This document shows, piece by piece, positions 28,830 to 38,885 of a stretch of DNA of 64,000 bases. The notes under the pieces were generated by a model. It had not been told where the DNA came from and ran no database searches. It saw nothing but the letters and a program-made list of their open reading frames with translations. Source of the DNA: Pseudomonadota bacterium (GTDB lineage Bacteria > Desulfobacterota > Desulfobacteria > Desulfobacterales > JBDRRP01). Location: assembly GCA_043825735.1 (NCBI GenBank), contig JBDRRP010000045.1, positions 1-64,000 of the forward strand, given 5' to 3'. Made by a program: the position numbers and the translations under genes. Numbering within the stretch: the first letter of the stretch is position 1; the number at the start of each line of letters is the position of its first letter.

Positions 28830-28917
28830 ACAGTTATCGCCGGCTGCGCACGCAGTGATGCAGAAGACGTTGCTGCGGACAGCCCGGCGGACAGCTCATA
28901 GAGACAGGAGGGCGATT

Positions 28918-29082
28918 ATGGTGATTTACCGAAGCCCGATGGAAAAAATACTCGACCAGAATGAAAACGATACCGTCATCACCAACCCCAGCGAACCCGG
29001 CAGAACGTTCTGGCGAAAGCTGAAATACCGTTTCGCCTTCTGGAAAAGCCAGTGGCAAAAAATGATGGGACGCGCCGAGTAG
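28918..29082 (+). CDS. Small hypothetical protein (54 aa)
   Basis: ATG 28918 preceded by AGGAGG. Co-directional with and at the end of the TauE operon. Basic/aromatic C-terminus. Confidence 0.55.
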   Translation: MVIYRSPMEKILDQNENDTVITNPSEPGRTFWRKLKYRFAFWKSQWQKMMGRAE

Positions 29083-29111
29083 ACCCCCCCCGGGCAACGC
29101 CGGTTTTCGGC

Positions 29112-29140
29112 TGGAGCCCTGCGCGGTGCGCAGGGTTCCA
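29112..29140. repeat. Palindromic repeat TGGAGCCCTGCGC-N3-GCGCAGGGTTCCA
   Basis: Hairpin between convergent genes. A similar copy lies at about 31657-31685. Confidence 0.6.
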
Positions 29141-29276
29141 AAGACGATAGCCGGCACGTAACGATATCGCGTGTCCATTCAGGAAAGCGGTTCTCGCGCA
29201 GAGGCGCGGAGATATTTGGTGTTGCCCGTGTGCGGCGTTGCCGCCATCATCCCCGGTGATCTAAAATTCAAGTGCG

Positions 29277-30266
29277 CTAATTTGGGATAAACGACGGCTC
29301 CCGGGCCTCCGCCATGGTGATGGCCCCGTCGGGGCACCCCACCGCGCACTGGCCGCAACCCAGACAGTGCGCCGCATCCACCGTGGCCATGGCTGTGGCG
29401 GCGTCCATAGTCATGGCATCGAACCAGCAGCGATCCACACAGGCACCGCAGCCGGTACACGCACCGGCATCCACCACCGGCGCAAACCGGCTGGGATCGC
29501 ACAAGGCAAGGCTCTGTGAGCGCAGCATCGAAAAACTCTGGCAGCAGCATCCGCAGCAGTTGCAGATAAAATGACCGGCATCGGCCTTGTTCATGGTCAC
29601 ATGCACCAGACCGGCCGACTCGGCCTGTTTGATGATATCCAGCGCCTGGTCCCGGGTCAGCTCCCGTCCGGATCCCCGCTCGATGGTATAGTCAGCCCCG
29701 CGCCCCACCTGGATGCAAACCTCCACGGGGGCATCGCATTTTTTCATGGACAAGCGACAGGTGCAGGGGGCCACTGCCAGGCGCGAGGCTGACATGATAA
29801 TCTCCCGGATGCTGTCGGGGGCCAGCACCTGGGCCCGGGCCTCTCCGAGGGATTTGTTCACCGGCACCACCCGGGTGAAGGGCTTTGGAAGCATGGCGCT
29901 GAGCCCCTTGGCCAGGGTCGGCCACTCCTCTTCCATGTATTTTCGCCAGAATCCGTAGAATTCTTCCGTCGCCTCCGGCCAGACCAGTGTGGCGTCGTGA
30001 AACTGGATCAGGTGGGCCGGCGCCCGCCACAGGGTGGCCCCGTTTTTGACCTTTTTGAAAGCCAGCCCTTTTCTGAACATGTCCGCCAACTCGGCGGTCA
30101 CATCAGCCTCAGGCCGCGACAGTTTTGCCGCCAGGTCAGCCGCGGCACCCGGCATGGCCACCAGCAGATCGGCCTGGGCGTCGGTGATCATGGATTTCAG
30201 AATTTCCGGAATCCAGCGCGAATCCGGATGCATCATGTTGGCGGCGAAGGTTTCATATGGGGTCAT
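29277..30266 (-). CDS. 4Fe-4S dicluster protein with an N-terminal HTH-like region and a Cys-rich middle domain
   Basis: PCTCR, ICNCCGCCC, CTGCGACVDRC, CLGCGQCAVGCP. Confidence 0.88.
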   Translation of the reverse strand: MTPYETFAANMMHPDSRWIPEILKSMITDAQADLLVAMPGAAADLAAKLSRPEADVTAELADMFRKGLAFKKVKNGATLWRAPAHLIQFHDATLVWPEATEEFYGFWRKYMEEEWPTLAKGLSAMLPKPFTRVVPVNKSLGEARAQVLAPDSIREIIMSASRLAVAPCTCRLSMKKCDAPVEVCIQVGRGADYTIERGSGRELTRDQALDIIKQAESAGLVHVTMNKADAGHFICNCCGCCCQSFSMLRSQSLALCDPSRFAPVVDAGACTGCGACVDRCWFDAMTMDAATAMATVDAAHCLGCGQCAVGCPDGAITMAEAREPSFIPN

Positions 30267-30346
30267 TCGCTTTTTCTCCTGTGTGCTTGATCGGCAATGT
30301 GGCGCCTGGGATCGATAATGGAACGGATAGTCTATCTCATAAAAAA

Positions 30347-30569
30347 GGGTTCTAGGGGTCGAGGGTTCAAGGGGTCAAGTGAAAAACCAAAACCCCGCAG
30401 GCCGTCGTTTATCTTCACCAGCGGGATTTTTCAATCACCTGGACCGAAATACCGGAAAAATCCAAACACTGCGCGCAACAGGCATTATGCAGTTCCCTTG
30501 AACCCTTGGACCCTCGAACCCTTGGACCCTGCCCTTTTGCTCCCTTGGCCCCTCGAATCCTCGAACCCT
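30347..30569. repeat. Inverted 8-bp tandem repeat arms (GGTTCAAG-type vs CTTGAACC-type)
   Basis: Left arm 30347-30381; right arms 30495-30530 and 30542-30569. Confidence 0.75.
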
Positions 30570-30573
30570 GCCG

Positions 30574-31428
30574 TTATATTACCCCTCTGTAAAAGGCGTA
30601 TTTTCTTGCAAACGGCTCAAACAGGATCTCCAGTTGATCGGCATGGGCGCGGCTCAGCGGCTTAAACGGACGCGCGGTCTGGGCCAGCGCGGCCACCTCC
30701 GCCGCGCCGCCACAGCCGACGATGGCCACGGTGACCCCTCGGGACAGCGCGTAGCGGATCAGCAGATCCGCCGTCACGCCGGCCCGGGACTGCACATAGT
30801 GCCCCGCCCCGAGGATTTTCATGCCGATGACGGCAAGCCCTTTTTTCTGGGCCGCCGGCAGGGTGCCGTTCAGAAAACCACCCAGCACCCCTTCTACCGG
30901 ATTGACCGGCATCATTACGGCATCCACCGGCCACTGCTCGACCGCCCGGGTGAGAATGCCCGGGTCATGGTGCCCGGTAACGCCGATATGGCGCACCAAT
31001 CCCGAACCCTTCGCCTCGACAAATGCCGACAGGGCACCACCGGGACCTTCAATTGCGGCGAGATCGGTCTCGGTGCGCACATCGTGGATCTGCCACAGGT
31101 CCAGGCGGTCGGTGTGCAGGCGGGAAAGCGTCTCTTCCAGGTCTCTCATGGCGCCGTCCCGATCCCGGCTGGCTGACTTGCTGGCCTGAAACACCGCCCG
31201 GCGACGTTCGGGCTGCGCCTCCCAGACGCTTCCCAGGTAAATCTCACTGTCGGCATAGACCCGGGCCGAGTCGAAATAGGCGATACCCTCATCCAGGGCG
31301 GCCTGCACCATTTCTCCGGCCTTGTCCGCACGGCCGCTGGTGCGCAAAATGCCTTCCCCGCCCAGACCCACCCGGGTGACCCGGATGTCCGATTTTCCGA
31401 ATGCAACAGTATCGATTCCGTTACTCAT
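30574..31428 (-). CDS. Aldo/keto reductase
   Basis: VGLGG, YFDSARVY..SE, K, LEETL.RL.TDRLDLWQIH, RHIGVTGH, IGMK. Confidence 0.92.
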   Translation of the reverse strand: MSNGIDTVAFGKSDIRVTRVGLGGEGILRTSGRADKAGEMVQAALDEGIAYFDSARVYADSEIYLGSVWEAQPERRRAVFQASKSASRDRDGAMRDLEETLSRLHTDRLDLWQIHDVRTETDLAAIEGPGGALSAFVEAKGSGLVRHIGVTGHHDPGILTRAVEQWPVDAVMMPVNPVEGVLGGFLNGTLPAAQKKGLAVIGMKILGAGHYVQSRAGVTADLLIRYALSRGVTVAIVGCGGAAEVAALAQTARPFKPLSRAHADQLEILFEPFARKYAFYRGVI

Positions 31429-31525
31429 GAGCGTCCTCCTGACAATTGAAATATCGCCACACCGTCGAACCGCAGGGCATCCTAATTTACCCCGATTCGG
31501 CCAATGGTCTGCCGATCCCGGAACC

Positions 31526-31604
31526 GTAGGGGCAGGCCCCCGTGCCTGCCCCCCTATCTACCGCCGCTGTCCACCGGGGGGCAACCACAGGGGGTTGCCC
31601 CTAC
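31526..31604. repeat. GTAG-type REP doublet (REPIN-like)
   Basis: GTAGGGGCAGGCCCCCGTGCCTGCCC ... GGGCAACCACAGGGGGTTGCCCCTAC: two inverted GTAG-footed hairpins. Confidence 0.8.
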
Positions 31605-31708
31605 GGCGCATACGGGTCCGGGGTGTAAGGGAAGCCAGGGGCCATGTTTTTCCGCCTGGAGCCCTGCGCGCAGCGCAGAGTTTCTAAGGCAAAGACGCCG
31701 CGAAATCC

Positions 31709-31853
31709 CTTGTCCAGCCAGAAACGGTAGATTTTGGTTCCTGGCAAGGCCCGAGCACTTTTGAAACCGGAGGAATAGCCTGCTATTTTGAGGATTTCAA
31801 AAGATGCGAGAACGCCGCCAGGGGCCAAAAGATGCCGTTTATGGCTGGACAAG
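31709..31853. mobile_element. ~145-bp MITE-like element, copy 1
   Basis: About 37-bp imperfect terminal inverted repeats (CTTGTCCAGCCA(G/T)AAACGG...). Homologous over its full length to 63694-63842 in the opposite orientation. Confidence 0.8.
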
Positions 31854-32903
31854 CCGCACGGCTTCGAACAGCTTCAGATTGGCCTTATGAAACGGATAGC
31901 GATCCAGCTCGGCTATCGTCACCCAGGCATGCGCGGCCGGCCCGCTGCGCCGCACCCGGCCGCCAAGCCAACGGCAGACAAAGACCTGCATGTGAATGCG
32001 AAAATGGGTGTAGGTGTGCCGCGCCTCGGTCAGGGTTTTGGGCCGGCCCACACGTATGCCGGTCTTCGTTGCAATGTGACGCACGCAGGCCTCGGCGGCG
32101 CTTTCCCCGCCACCGACCCGCCCGCCGGGAAACTCCCACAACCCACCGAGCAGCGCCTCACCGGGCCGCTGGACGATGAGGACCTTGCCGGCCTTGAACA
32201 CCACCCCCACGGCAACGGCGATCTTTGGCGTGGGCTGTTTGGCCTGCCGTCTGGGGAAATCGGCGGTAGTGCCGTTTCTGAATGCGCCGCAGCGGCCGCT
32301 CACCGGGCACTGGCCGCAGAACGGCTTGCGCGGCTGACACACCAGTGCCCCCAGCTCCATGATGGCCTGATTGAAGGTGGCCGGATCCCACCGGTCGAGC
32401 AGTGCCGTGGCCCGCGCCTTGAACACCGGATGGGCGTCGCTGCGGTTCACCGGATGGTCGATCTCAAAAAGACGCGCCAGCACCCGTTTGACGTTGCCGT
32501 CCACTACGGCGTGCGGCTGGCCGTAGACAATGCTCACCACCGCCGAGGCGATGTAGTCGCCCACCCCGGGCAGGGCGCGCACATCGTCGATGCTTTCAGG
32601 AAAGCGCCCGCCGTGCACCGACATGATGCGCGCTGCGGCCTTGTGAAGATTTCGCGCGCGGGAATAGTATCCGAGGCCTTCCCACAATTTCAGCACCTGC
32701 TGCTGGTCCGCAGCGGCCAGCGCCGCCACGTTGGGAAACGTCGCCATGAATCTCAGGTAGTAGGGCACTACCGTGGCCACCTGGGTCTGCTGAAGCATTA
32801 CTTCAGAAACCCAAATGGCATAGGGATCGGCGGTCTCGCGCCAGGGCAGATTGCGCCGGTTGCGCCGGTACCAGCGCATCAAGGCAGCGGTGACGGCGTT
32901 CAC
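31839..32903 (-). CDS. mutY: A/G-specific adenine glycosylase MutY
   Basis: LPWR..DPY.IWVSEVMLQQT, GLGYYSRARNL, LPGVGDY, VDGNV, 4Fe-4S CxxxxxxCxxCxxxxxC, NUDIX-like GGLWEFPGG. GTG start at 32903 inferred. Confidence 0.95.
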   Translation of the reverse strand: MNAVTAALMRWYRRNRRNLPWRETADPYAIWVSEVMLQQTQVATVVPYYLRFMATFPNVAALAAADQQQVLKLWEGLGYYSRARNLHKAAARIMSVHGGRFPESIDDVRALPGVGDYIASAVVSIVYGQPHAVVDGNVKRVLARLFEIDHPVNRSDAHPVFKARATALLDRWDPATFNQAIMELGALVCQPRKPFCGQCPVSGRCGAFRNGTTADFPRRQAKQPTPKIAVAVGVVFKAGKVLIVQRPGEALLGGLWEFPGGRVGGGESAAEACVRHIATKTGIRVGRPKTLTEARHTYTHFRIHMQVFVCRWLGGRVRRSGPAAHAWVTIAELDRYPFHKANLKLFEAVRLVQP

Positions 32904-32910
32904 GGCCGGC

Positions 32911-33906
32911 TTATACCCGACCGGCCAGAATGCCGGATTCGGTGGGTCCCGTGAAGGCAAGCCGCTGGATGTCGATCACCCCGGCGGCGGTCAGCATGTC
33001 GACGAGTTCGGCCTGCGTGTACGAGCGGCCGCCGTCGGTGCCAACCAGCATGTTCAGGGAGAAAAGGGTCGGAAACAGCGGGCCGTCGCCGCTGTCCTCC
33101 AGGATGAACTCATGGATAAAAATGCGCCCTCCGCCGGTGAGGGTTCCCACGGCCTTGCGGATCATTTCCTGGCAGGTGGCCGGATCTTCGCCGTGCAGAA
33201 TATGGCTCATCCAGACCGCATCGAAAGCGCCGTCCAGTTCCTCGGATGTATAGTCGCCGGGGATGAATCGGATCCGGTCTTCCAGTCCGAACTTTTTGAC
33301 GGTCTTCTGGGCAAAGGGGCGCGTGGTGCCCAGATCGTAGATGGCCGCTGTCAGCTCCGGATGTTTCTTGCAAAAGTGAATGGCAAACGTCCCGGGACCG
33401 CCACCCAGATCAAGGAGTCGGCGGCACCCGCCCAGATCGATAATCTCCGCCACTTTTGGAGCGATGAGGGAGGCATTGTTGAACATCCCCATGAGAAACG
33501 CCTCCCGCCGGTCATCATCGCCGTCGATGGCCCGCTCGCGCACCGGGAGTCCCGATCGGACCGCTTCGGTCAGTCGGTTCCACGAGGGCATGAGGTAGTG
33601 GTGGTGCATGATCATGTAGCCCAGGTAGGCATCTGAGGAGCGCACCAGAAAACGCCGCGCTGTCTCGGTGTTGGTGAAACGCCCGCCGGCTTTTTCGAGC
33701 AGCCCCATGGCGGTCAGGGCGTTCATCAACCGCTCGACCCCGTCCGGATTGAGACCCGCCGACTCGGCGATGTCCACGACACCCGCGGCGGCGTCTCCGA
33801 TGGTGGTAAACAGATCCAGCTTCACGGCCGCATGAAGCGTGCAGGTCTTCCAGTAACTGCCCGATATTTCCATGAGCTGTCCGGGATTGAGCGGCGGTGC
33901 GGTCAT
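32911..33906 (-). CDS. SAM-dependent O-methyltransferase (Methyltransf_2 with dimerisation domain)
   Basis: LHAAVKLDLF, LLDLGGGPG, GDY, SHILH. ATG 33906 with AAGGAG RBS. Confidence 0.92.
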   Translation of the reverse strand: MTAPPLNPGQLMEISGSYWKTCTLHAAVKLDLFTTIGDAAAGVVDIAESAGLNPDGVERLMNALTAMGLLEKAGGRFTNTETARRFLVRSSDAYLGYMIMHHHYLMPSWNRLTEAVRSGLPVRERAIDGDDDRREAFLMGMFNNASLIAPKVAEIIDLGGCRRLLDLGGGPGTFAIHFCKKHPELTAAIYDLGTTRPFAQKTVKKFGLEDRIRFIPGDYTSEELDGAFDAVWMSHILHGEDPATCQEMIRKAVGTLTGGGRIFIHEFILEDSGDGPLFPTLFSLNMLVGTDGGRSYTQAELVDMLTAAGVIDIQRLAFTGPTESGILAGRV

Positions 33907-34167
33907 TTGTATTCTCCTTTCGAAACCTCGGTGGGCAAACACCTATGTGAAACTCTAATTCCGCTATTTTTATTTTCAGTGTCAATCCAAAAATATCACC
34001 CGTGACGCGCTCTGCGTCGTTGAGATAAACATCCAATCAGCAGAAAAACAGGTTGCCGGGATCACGGATTCCCATTTTCAACCCCGCGCCTTCGGCAAAC
34101 CGTTCCTTGAGAATGGCGGCCGGCCGCGACATCTTTTCCCCAGCGTTAGTCGGGGCGCCCGCCGGCG

Positions 34168-36414
34168 TCAGCTCTCGATGACCTCGCGGATCTTGACCGC
34201 GATGTCATGGATGGAAAACGGCTTCTGAAGAAAATTAACCCCAGGATCCAGGACCCCGTGGTGAGCGATGACGTTTGCCGTGTAGCCTGAAATGTAGAGG
34301 CACTTGAGGCCGGGCGTCATTTCTTCAATCCGCCGGACCAGCTCCCGGCCGTCCATCTGCGGCATGACGACGTCGGTGATCAGCAGATCGATCCCGCCGC
34401 CATGGACCCTGGCCAATTCAATGGCCTGCTCCGGCGTACCCGCCGTGAGCACGGTATAGCCCAGCTGTTCGAGAATGGCCTGGCCCAGCTCCAGAATCGC
34501 AGCGTCGTCCTCGACCATCAGCACGGTTCCCGTGCCGCCGGAGGCCTCAAACGCCCTGCCCGCATCGGGCAGCTCTTTGGGCGCATCGACCACGGGCAGG
34601 TAGAGCCTGAAGGTGGTCCCCTCTCCCGGCTCGCTGTAGACATTGATGAACCCGTCGTTTTGTTTGGCGATCCCGTAGACCGTGGCCAATCCCAGTCCCG
34701 TGCCCTTGCCGAGGGCCTTGGTCGTGAAAAACGGGTCGAAAATTTTGGCCACCGTCTTTGAATCCATGCCGCAGCCGCTATCGCTGACAGCCAGCGCCAC
34801 GTATCGGCCCGGAAGGAAACCGGGATGACCGCTGCAATAGGCCTCATCGAGCATCTCGTCGCGGGTCTCGATGGTGATTTTGCCCACGCCGGCAATGGCA
34901 TCACGGGCATTGACCATCAGGTTGGCCAGGATCTGATCGATCTGGGAAGGATCGATCCTGACGCGACTGAGGTGCTCGCCTGGCGCCCACGACAGGTCGA
35001 TGTCCTCACCAATGAGCCGGCGCAGCATGGCGAGCATTCCCGAAATCGTGTCATTGATGTCGAGTACCCTGGGGCTGATCGTCTGCTTACGGGCAAAGGC
35101 CAGCAGTTTGCGCACCAGATCGGCCGAGCGCAGGGCCGCGTCGTGAATGGTTCTGAGGCGGCCGTGAAGGGGATCGTCCGGATCGATTTTGAGCAGGGCC
35201 ATTTCCGTGTGGCCGATGACCACCGACAGCATATTGTTGAAGTCGTGGGCGATGCCACCGGCCAGATGCCCTACGGCCTCCATTTTCTGTGCCTGAAGCA
35301 GCTGGGCGTTGAGTTTTTCTTTTTCAGCCTCGGCCCGCTTGCGCTCGGTGATGTCCTGAAGCGAAGCGACGACAAATTTTACGCTCCGGTCCGGATGGCG
35401 ATGGCAGGAGATGGTCAGATGCGTGTCCAACACGCTGCCGTCCTTCCGGAAGAAGCGTTTGTCCATCTCGTAGCCCTCACTGCCGCCCGCCATCATCCGG
35501 TTGAAGCGCTCCAGGTCTTGGGCGAGATCGTCGGGATGGGTCATTTCGGCCCAGTTCTTTTGCAAGAGCTCCGGTTCCGCATAGCCGAGCATTTCACACA
35601 ACCGGGCATTGGCCCGTAGCCATCCCTTTTCGGGGGAAGTAATGGCGATGCCTATGTTTCCCAGCTCAAACTGCAAGCGGAAGAGGGCTTCACTCTCGCT
35701 CAAGGCCGCCTGCGCCTGCCTGAGCGCGACGATGTGTCCGGCCAGCTGGCGTCGACGCAGATAACCCATGCCGACACCCATGAGAATTATGATCAGGCAG
35801 GTAACCATCACCGGCATCATCGAGCGCCGCAAAATCTCGTCCCGCCAGTCCTTGACATCCACATCCATGCCGAAAACGGCCAACAGCGCCCCGCTTTGAG
35901 AATCGCAAACGGGAATCAGCGCGCTGACCCACGTGCCCCAACGATCCGTGAACGGCGGACTGATGGCGGGGCTGCGCGTGGCGAATACCTGGTTGAGCGT
36001 CGGGGAGTCTTCGAAGTAAACCTGCCCCGGCGGCGAGTAATCCGCGGAGCCCTCGGCGGCGGTGCCCATAAAAAAGAACGGCGGCTGACCGTCTCGCCGG
36101 CCGAAGAAATACAGATAACGGTACTTGGAATTGGTGTTTCGAATGCGAATCAGCTGGTTGCGCAGGTAGTGATAGTCGGGTGAGGCCAGATCCGCGGCTG
36201 TGCCGCTGAGTGCAGCAATTTTGTTGACGTCAAACGCGGCGGTCAGCATGAGCGCCTGGGCAAGCATGGTATCGTGCATCACCGCCCGGGCCGCGCGCCT
36301 TTCAAGCCATGTGAAAAAGACTCCCGAAGCCAGAACAAGGGCGCCCAGGGTGATGACGACCCAGCGGTTGAACGGCTTGGCTGGACTGGCGTCGGGATCA
36401 AAACGATCGTTCAC
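34168..36414 (-). CDS. PAS-domain hybrid sensor histidine kinase/response regulator
   Basis: Two TMs flanking a periplasmic Cache-like region, PAS (THPDD, RKDGS), [27 protein letters not shown] start at 36414 inferred. Confidence 0.93.
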   Translation of the reverse strand: MNDRFDPDASPAKPFNRWVVITLGALVLASGVFFTWLERRAARAVMHDTMLAQALMLTAAFDVNKIAALSGTAADLASPDYHYLRNQLIRIRNTNSKYRYLYFFGRRDGQPPFFFMGTAAEGSADYSPPGQVYFEDSPTLNQVFATRSPAISPPFTDRWGTWVSALIPVCDSQSGALLAVFGMDVDVKDWRDEILRRSMMPVMVTCLIIILMGVGMGYLRRRQLAGHIVALRQAQAALSESEALFRLQFELGNIGIAITSPEKGWLRANARLCEMLGYAEPELLQKNWAEMTHPDDLAQDLERFNRMMAGGSEGYEMDKRFFRKDGSVLDTHLTISCHRHPDRSVKFVVASLQDITERKRAEAEKEKLNAQLLQAQKMEAVGHLAGGIAHDFNNMLSVVIGHTEMALLKIDPDDPLHGRLRTIHDAALRSADLVRKLLAFARKQTISPRVLDINDTISGMLAMLRRLIGEDIDLSWAPGEHLSRVRIDPSQIDQILANLMVNARDAIAGVGKITIETRDEMLDEAYCSGHPGFLPGRYVALAVSDSGCGMDSKTVAKIFDPFFTTKALGKGTGLGLATVYGIAKQNDGFINVYSEPGEGTTFRLYLPVVDAPKELPDAGRAFEASGGTGTVLMVEDDAAILELGQAILEQLGYTVLTAGTPEQAIELARVHGGGIDLLITDVVMPQMDGRELVRRIEEMTPGLKCLYISGYTANVIAHHGVLDPGVNFLQKPFSIHDIAVKIREVIES

Positions 36415-36787
36415 CGTTGCCGCCTTTCCTGATGTTTTCCAATCGCTCCAGCATGGCCGGCGGCAATGCCCCAAGTCATCGCCACCGGCGGTATTCTTTC
36501 CGACTCGCGCAGTATACAATATCGGGGCATCAAACGCAACATACTGAAAAAACGTCAAATTACAGAATTTACCGTTTTATCACCCGCCGCCACGAGGCGC
36601 TTCGATAACGGTTGCTCCCCGATTTTTGCATTCACTGACGGCTGCCCGACGCCTCCCCTCAGGCCGCCTCCTGTCTTGACAGCGTGCTCAAGGACTTGGA
36701 TGATGAAGTGCCGGTCATGAAAACGCCCAGCTGAACGCAGCGGGGCATCAGCGGTACCCGGCATAATCAGTAACAACGGAGAGCGAC

Positions 36788-38659
36788 ATGACAACCACCG
36801 GCTACTGGGCCGACGACTACGTTAAAAAGACACGCCCGCTGATCGAGGCCATGAGCCGCATCCGGTCGGGCCAGCGGGTCTTCATCGGTTCCTATTGCGG
36901 CGAGCCGCAGCATCTGGTCAAGGGATTGGCCGACAGGGCGCCGCAGGTGAGCGACATCGAAATCATCCGTTTGATGTCCCTGGAGACGACGCCCCTGATG
37001 CAGCTTGCCGATCGTACCGGCGACCAGAACATCAGCATCCGCTCCATCTATCTGGGGTCGGCCAAAAGCGCCCCGCTGGCCGGCAACATGCGGTTTTACA
37101 CCCCGGTGAACATGGCCGAGGTGCCCCGCCTCTTTGCCCGGCGGCGCATCCCCATCGACGTTGCCCTGATCCAGGTCTCGCCGCCGGACGACTTCGGCTG
37201 GATGAGCTTCGGTGTGTCGGTGGACGTCAACCAGGCGGCGGCCCTCGCCGCCGATCTGGTCATCGCTCAGATCAACGCCAATATGCCCATGGTGCTGGGC
37301 CAAAGTTTCATTCACGTCAACGATGTGGATGTGTTCGTGGAGCATGACGAAGCGCTGCTGACCATCTCTCCGGCGCCAAAAAGCGAGCAGGCACTGATGA
37401 TCGGCCAGAACATCGCGCGGCTCGTCGACGACGGCGCCACGCTGCAGATCGGCCTGGACGCGGCCTCCCAGGCGACCAGTCTGGCTCTGGCCGAAAAAAA
37501 CGACCTCGGCATCCACTCCATGTTCTTCACCGACGACATCATGCATCTCTACGCCCGGGGCGTGGTCACCAACCGCCGCAAGGGCTTCAACAACGGCAAA
37601 CTGGTGGCCAGCTGCGCCGTGGGCACAAAGGCCCTGTACGAGTTTTTGCACCTCAATCCGGCCGTGGAGTTTCACCCTTCCGATTACGTCAATGACGTGG
37701 AGATCATCGCGCGCCACCACAAGATGGTCTCCATGAACGTGGCCCGGCGCATCGACCTGGCCGGCCAGGTCTCCTCGGACGCGGTAGCCTCAACCCTGTT
37801 TGCCGGGGTGTCAGGCATCCCGGATTTCGTGCGCGGCTCCAACCGCTCGGCCGGCGGGCGCTCGATCATCATGCTCACCGCCACGGCCGACGAAGGCCGC
37901 ACCAGTTGCATCGTGCCGCTGCTCACCAACACCATCGTTACCATCCCCAGAGAAGATGTGCGCTGGGTGGTCACGGAGTTTGGCGCGGTCAACTTGTTCG
38001 GCAAAAGCACCCAGGAGCGCGCCATGGCCATGATCAGCATCGCCCACCCGGATTTTCGCGACGAACTGCTGGAACAGGCCAAGGAACTGGGAATGATCGG
38101 CCGCGGTCGCCGCCTGGGCGACACCGTGCGCGGCATTTATCCGGTGCGCCTTGAAGAAACGCTTGTCATGAACGGGCAGACCGTCACGGTGCGCCCCACC
38201 AAGCCGGTGGATGAGCGCCGCATCCAGGAGCACTTCTACCAGTTGGACAAAAAGGACGTCCTCTCGCGATTCTTTCATGAGAAAACCCGCTTTGCCCGCG
38301 GCGACGTTGAATCCATGAGCCAGATCGACTACGTGCGCAACCTGACCATCATCGCCGTGGTGGGCGAGTTCGGCTTCGACCGGGTGGTGGGCATCGGCGA
38401 GTACTACCTTGAGCCGACAAAGAACATGGCCGAAGTGGCCTTTTCGGTAAGCCGGGATTTCCAGGGCAAAGGCATGGGCCGCATCCTGATGCGCAAACTG
38501 GCCAAGGCCGCCCGGGAAAACGGCATTTTAGGGCTCTATGCCATCACCTCACCGGGCAATAAGGGCATGATCAGTCTGTTCAAAACACTGCCCTACAAGG
38601 TCCAATCGGTTCTGGAGGATGAACTGCTGCTGAGCTGCCGCTTCGACGACCCGGCCTGA
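36788..38659 (+). CDS. Acetyl-CoA hydrolase/CoA-transferase-like domain fused to a Pat-type GNAT acetyltransferase
   Basis: DVALIQVSPPD..G.MSFGVSVD, TLQIG, DLGIHS, VVTEFG, ISIAHPDFR. C-terminal VRP...DE, IDY, AEVAF.V..DFQGKGMG. Confidence 0.9.
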   Translation: MTTTGYWADDYVKKTRPLIEAMSRIRSGQRVFIGSYCGEPQHLVKGLADRAPQVSDIEIIRLMSLETTPLMQLADRTGDQNISIRSIYLGSAKSAPLAGNMRFYTPVNMAEVPRLFARRRIPIDVALIQVSPPDDFGWMSFGVSVDVNQAAALAADLVIAQINANMPMVLGQSFIHVNDVDVFVEHDEALLTISPAPKSEQALMIGQNIARLVDDGATLQIGLDAASQATSLALAEKNDLGIHSMFFTDDIMHLYARGVVTNRRKGFNNGKLVASCAVGTKALYEFLHLNPAVEFHPSDYVNDVEIIARHHKMVSMNVARRIDLAGQVSSDAVASTLFAGVSGIPDFVRGSNRSAGGRSIIMLTATADEGRTSCIVPLLTNTIVTIPREDVRWVVTEFGAVNLFGKSTQERAMAMISIAHPDFRDELLEQAKELGMIGRGRRLGDTVRGIYPVRLEETLVMNGQTVTVRPTKPVDERRIQEHFYQLDKKDVLSRFFHEKTRFARGDVESMSQIDYVRNLTIIAVVGEFGFDRVVGIGEYYLEPTKNMAEVAFSVSRDFQGKGMGRILMRKLAKAARENGILGLYAITSPGNKGMISLFKTLPYKVQSVLEDELLLSCRFDDPA

Positions 38660-38740
38660 TGCTGACGGAATTGTATAAGCGGGCATGCGCAGTACGCAGG
38701 TGACATTGCCGCCGCGTCTTTGCGCCATGATTGGTTGATC

Positions 38741-38832
38741 ACCACGAAGTTCACGAAGGACACGAAGATTCTATAACCACACAATTTTTATAATGATAAC
38801 GCTTTCTTCGTGCACTTCGTGTTCTTCGTGGT
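38741..38832. repeat. Inverted 9-bp tandem repeat arms (CACGAAG-NN x3)
   Basis: ACCACGAAGTTCACGAAGGACACGAAGA ... TCTTCGTGCACTTCGTGTTCTTCGTGGT around an AT-rich spacer, between convergent genes. Confidence 0.8.
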
Positions 38833-38885
38833 TCTCATTCAATGCTGCGAGTCAGGGCCAAAAGATGCCGTTTCTGAATGGGCGC

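Noticed and set aside
30297..30665. 122-aa plus-strand ORF with PLNPWTLEPLDP repeats
   Set aside because: Produced by the 8-bp inverted repeat arms; no coding evidence.
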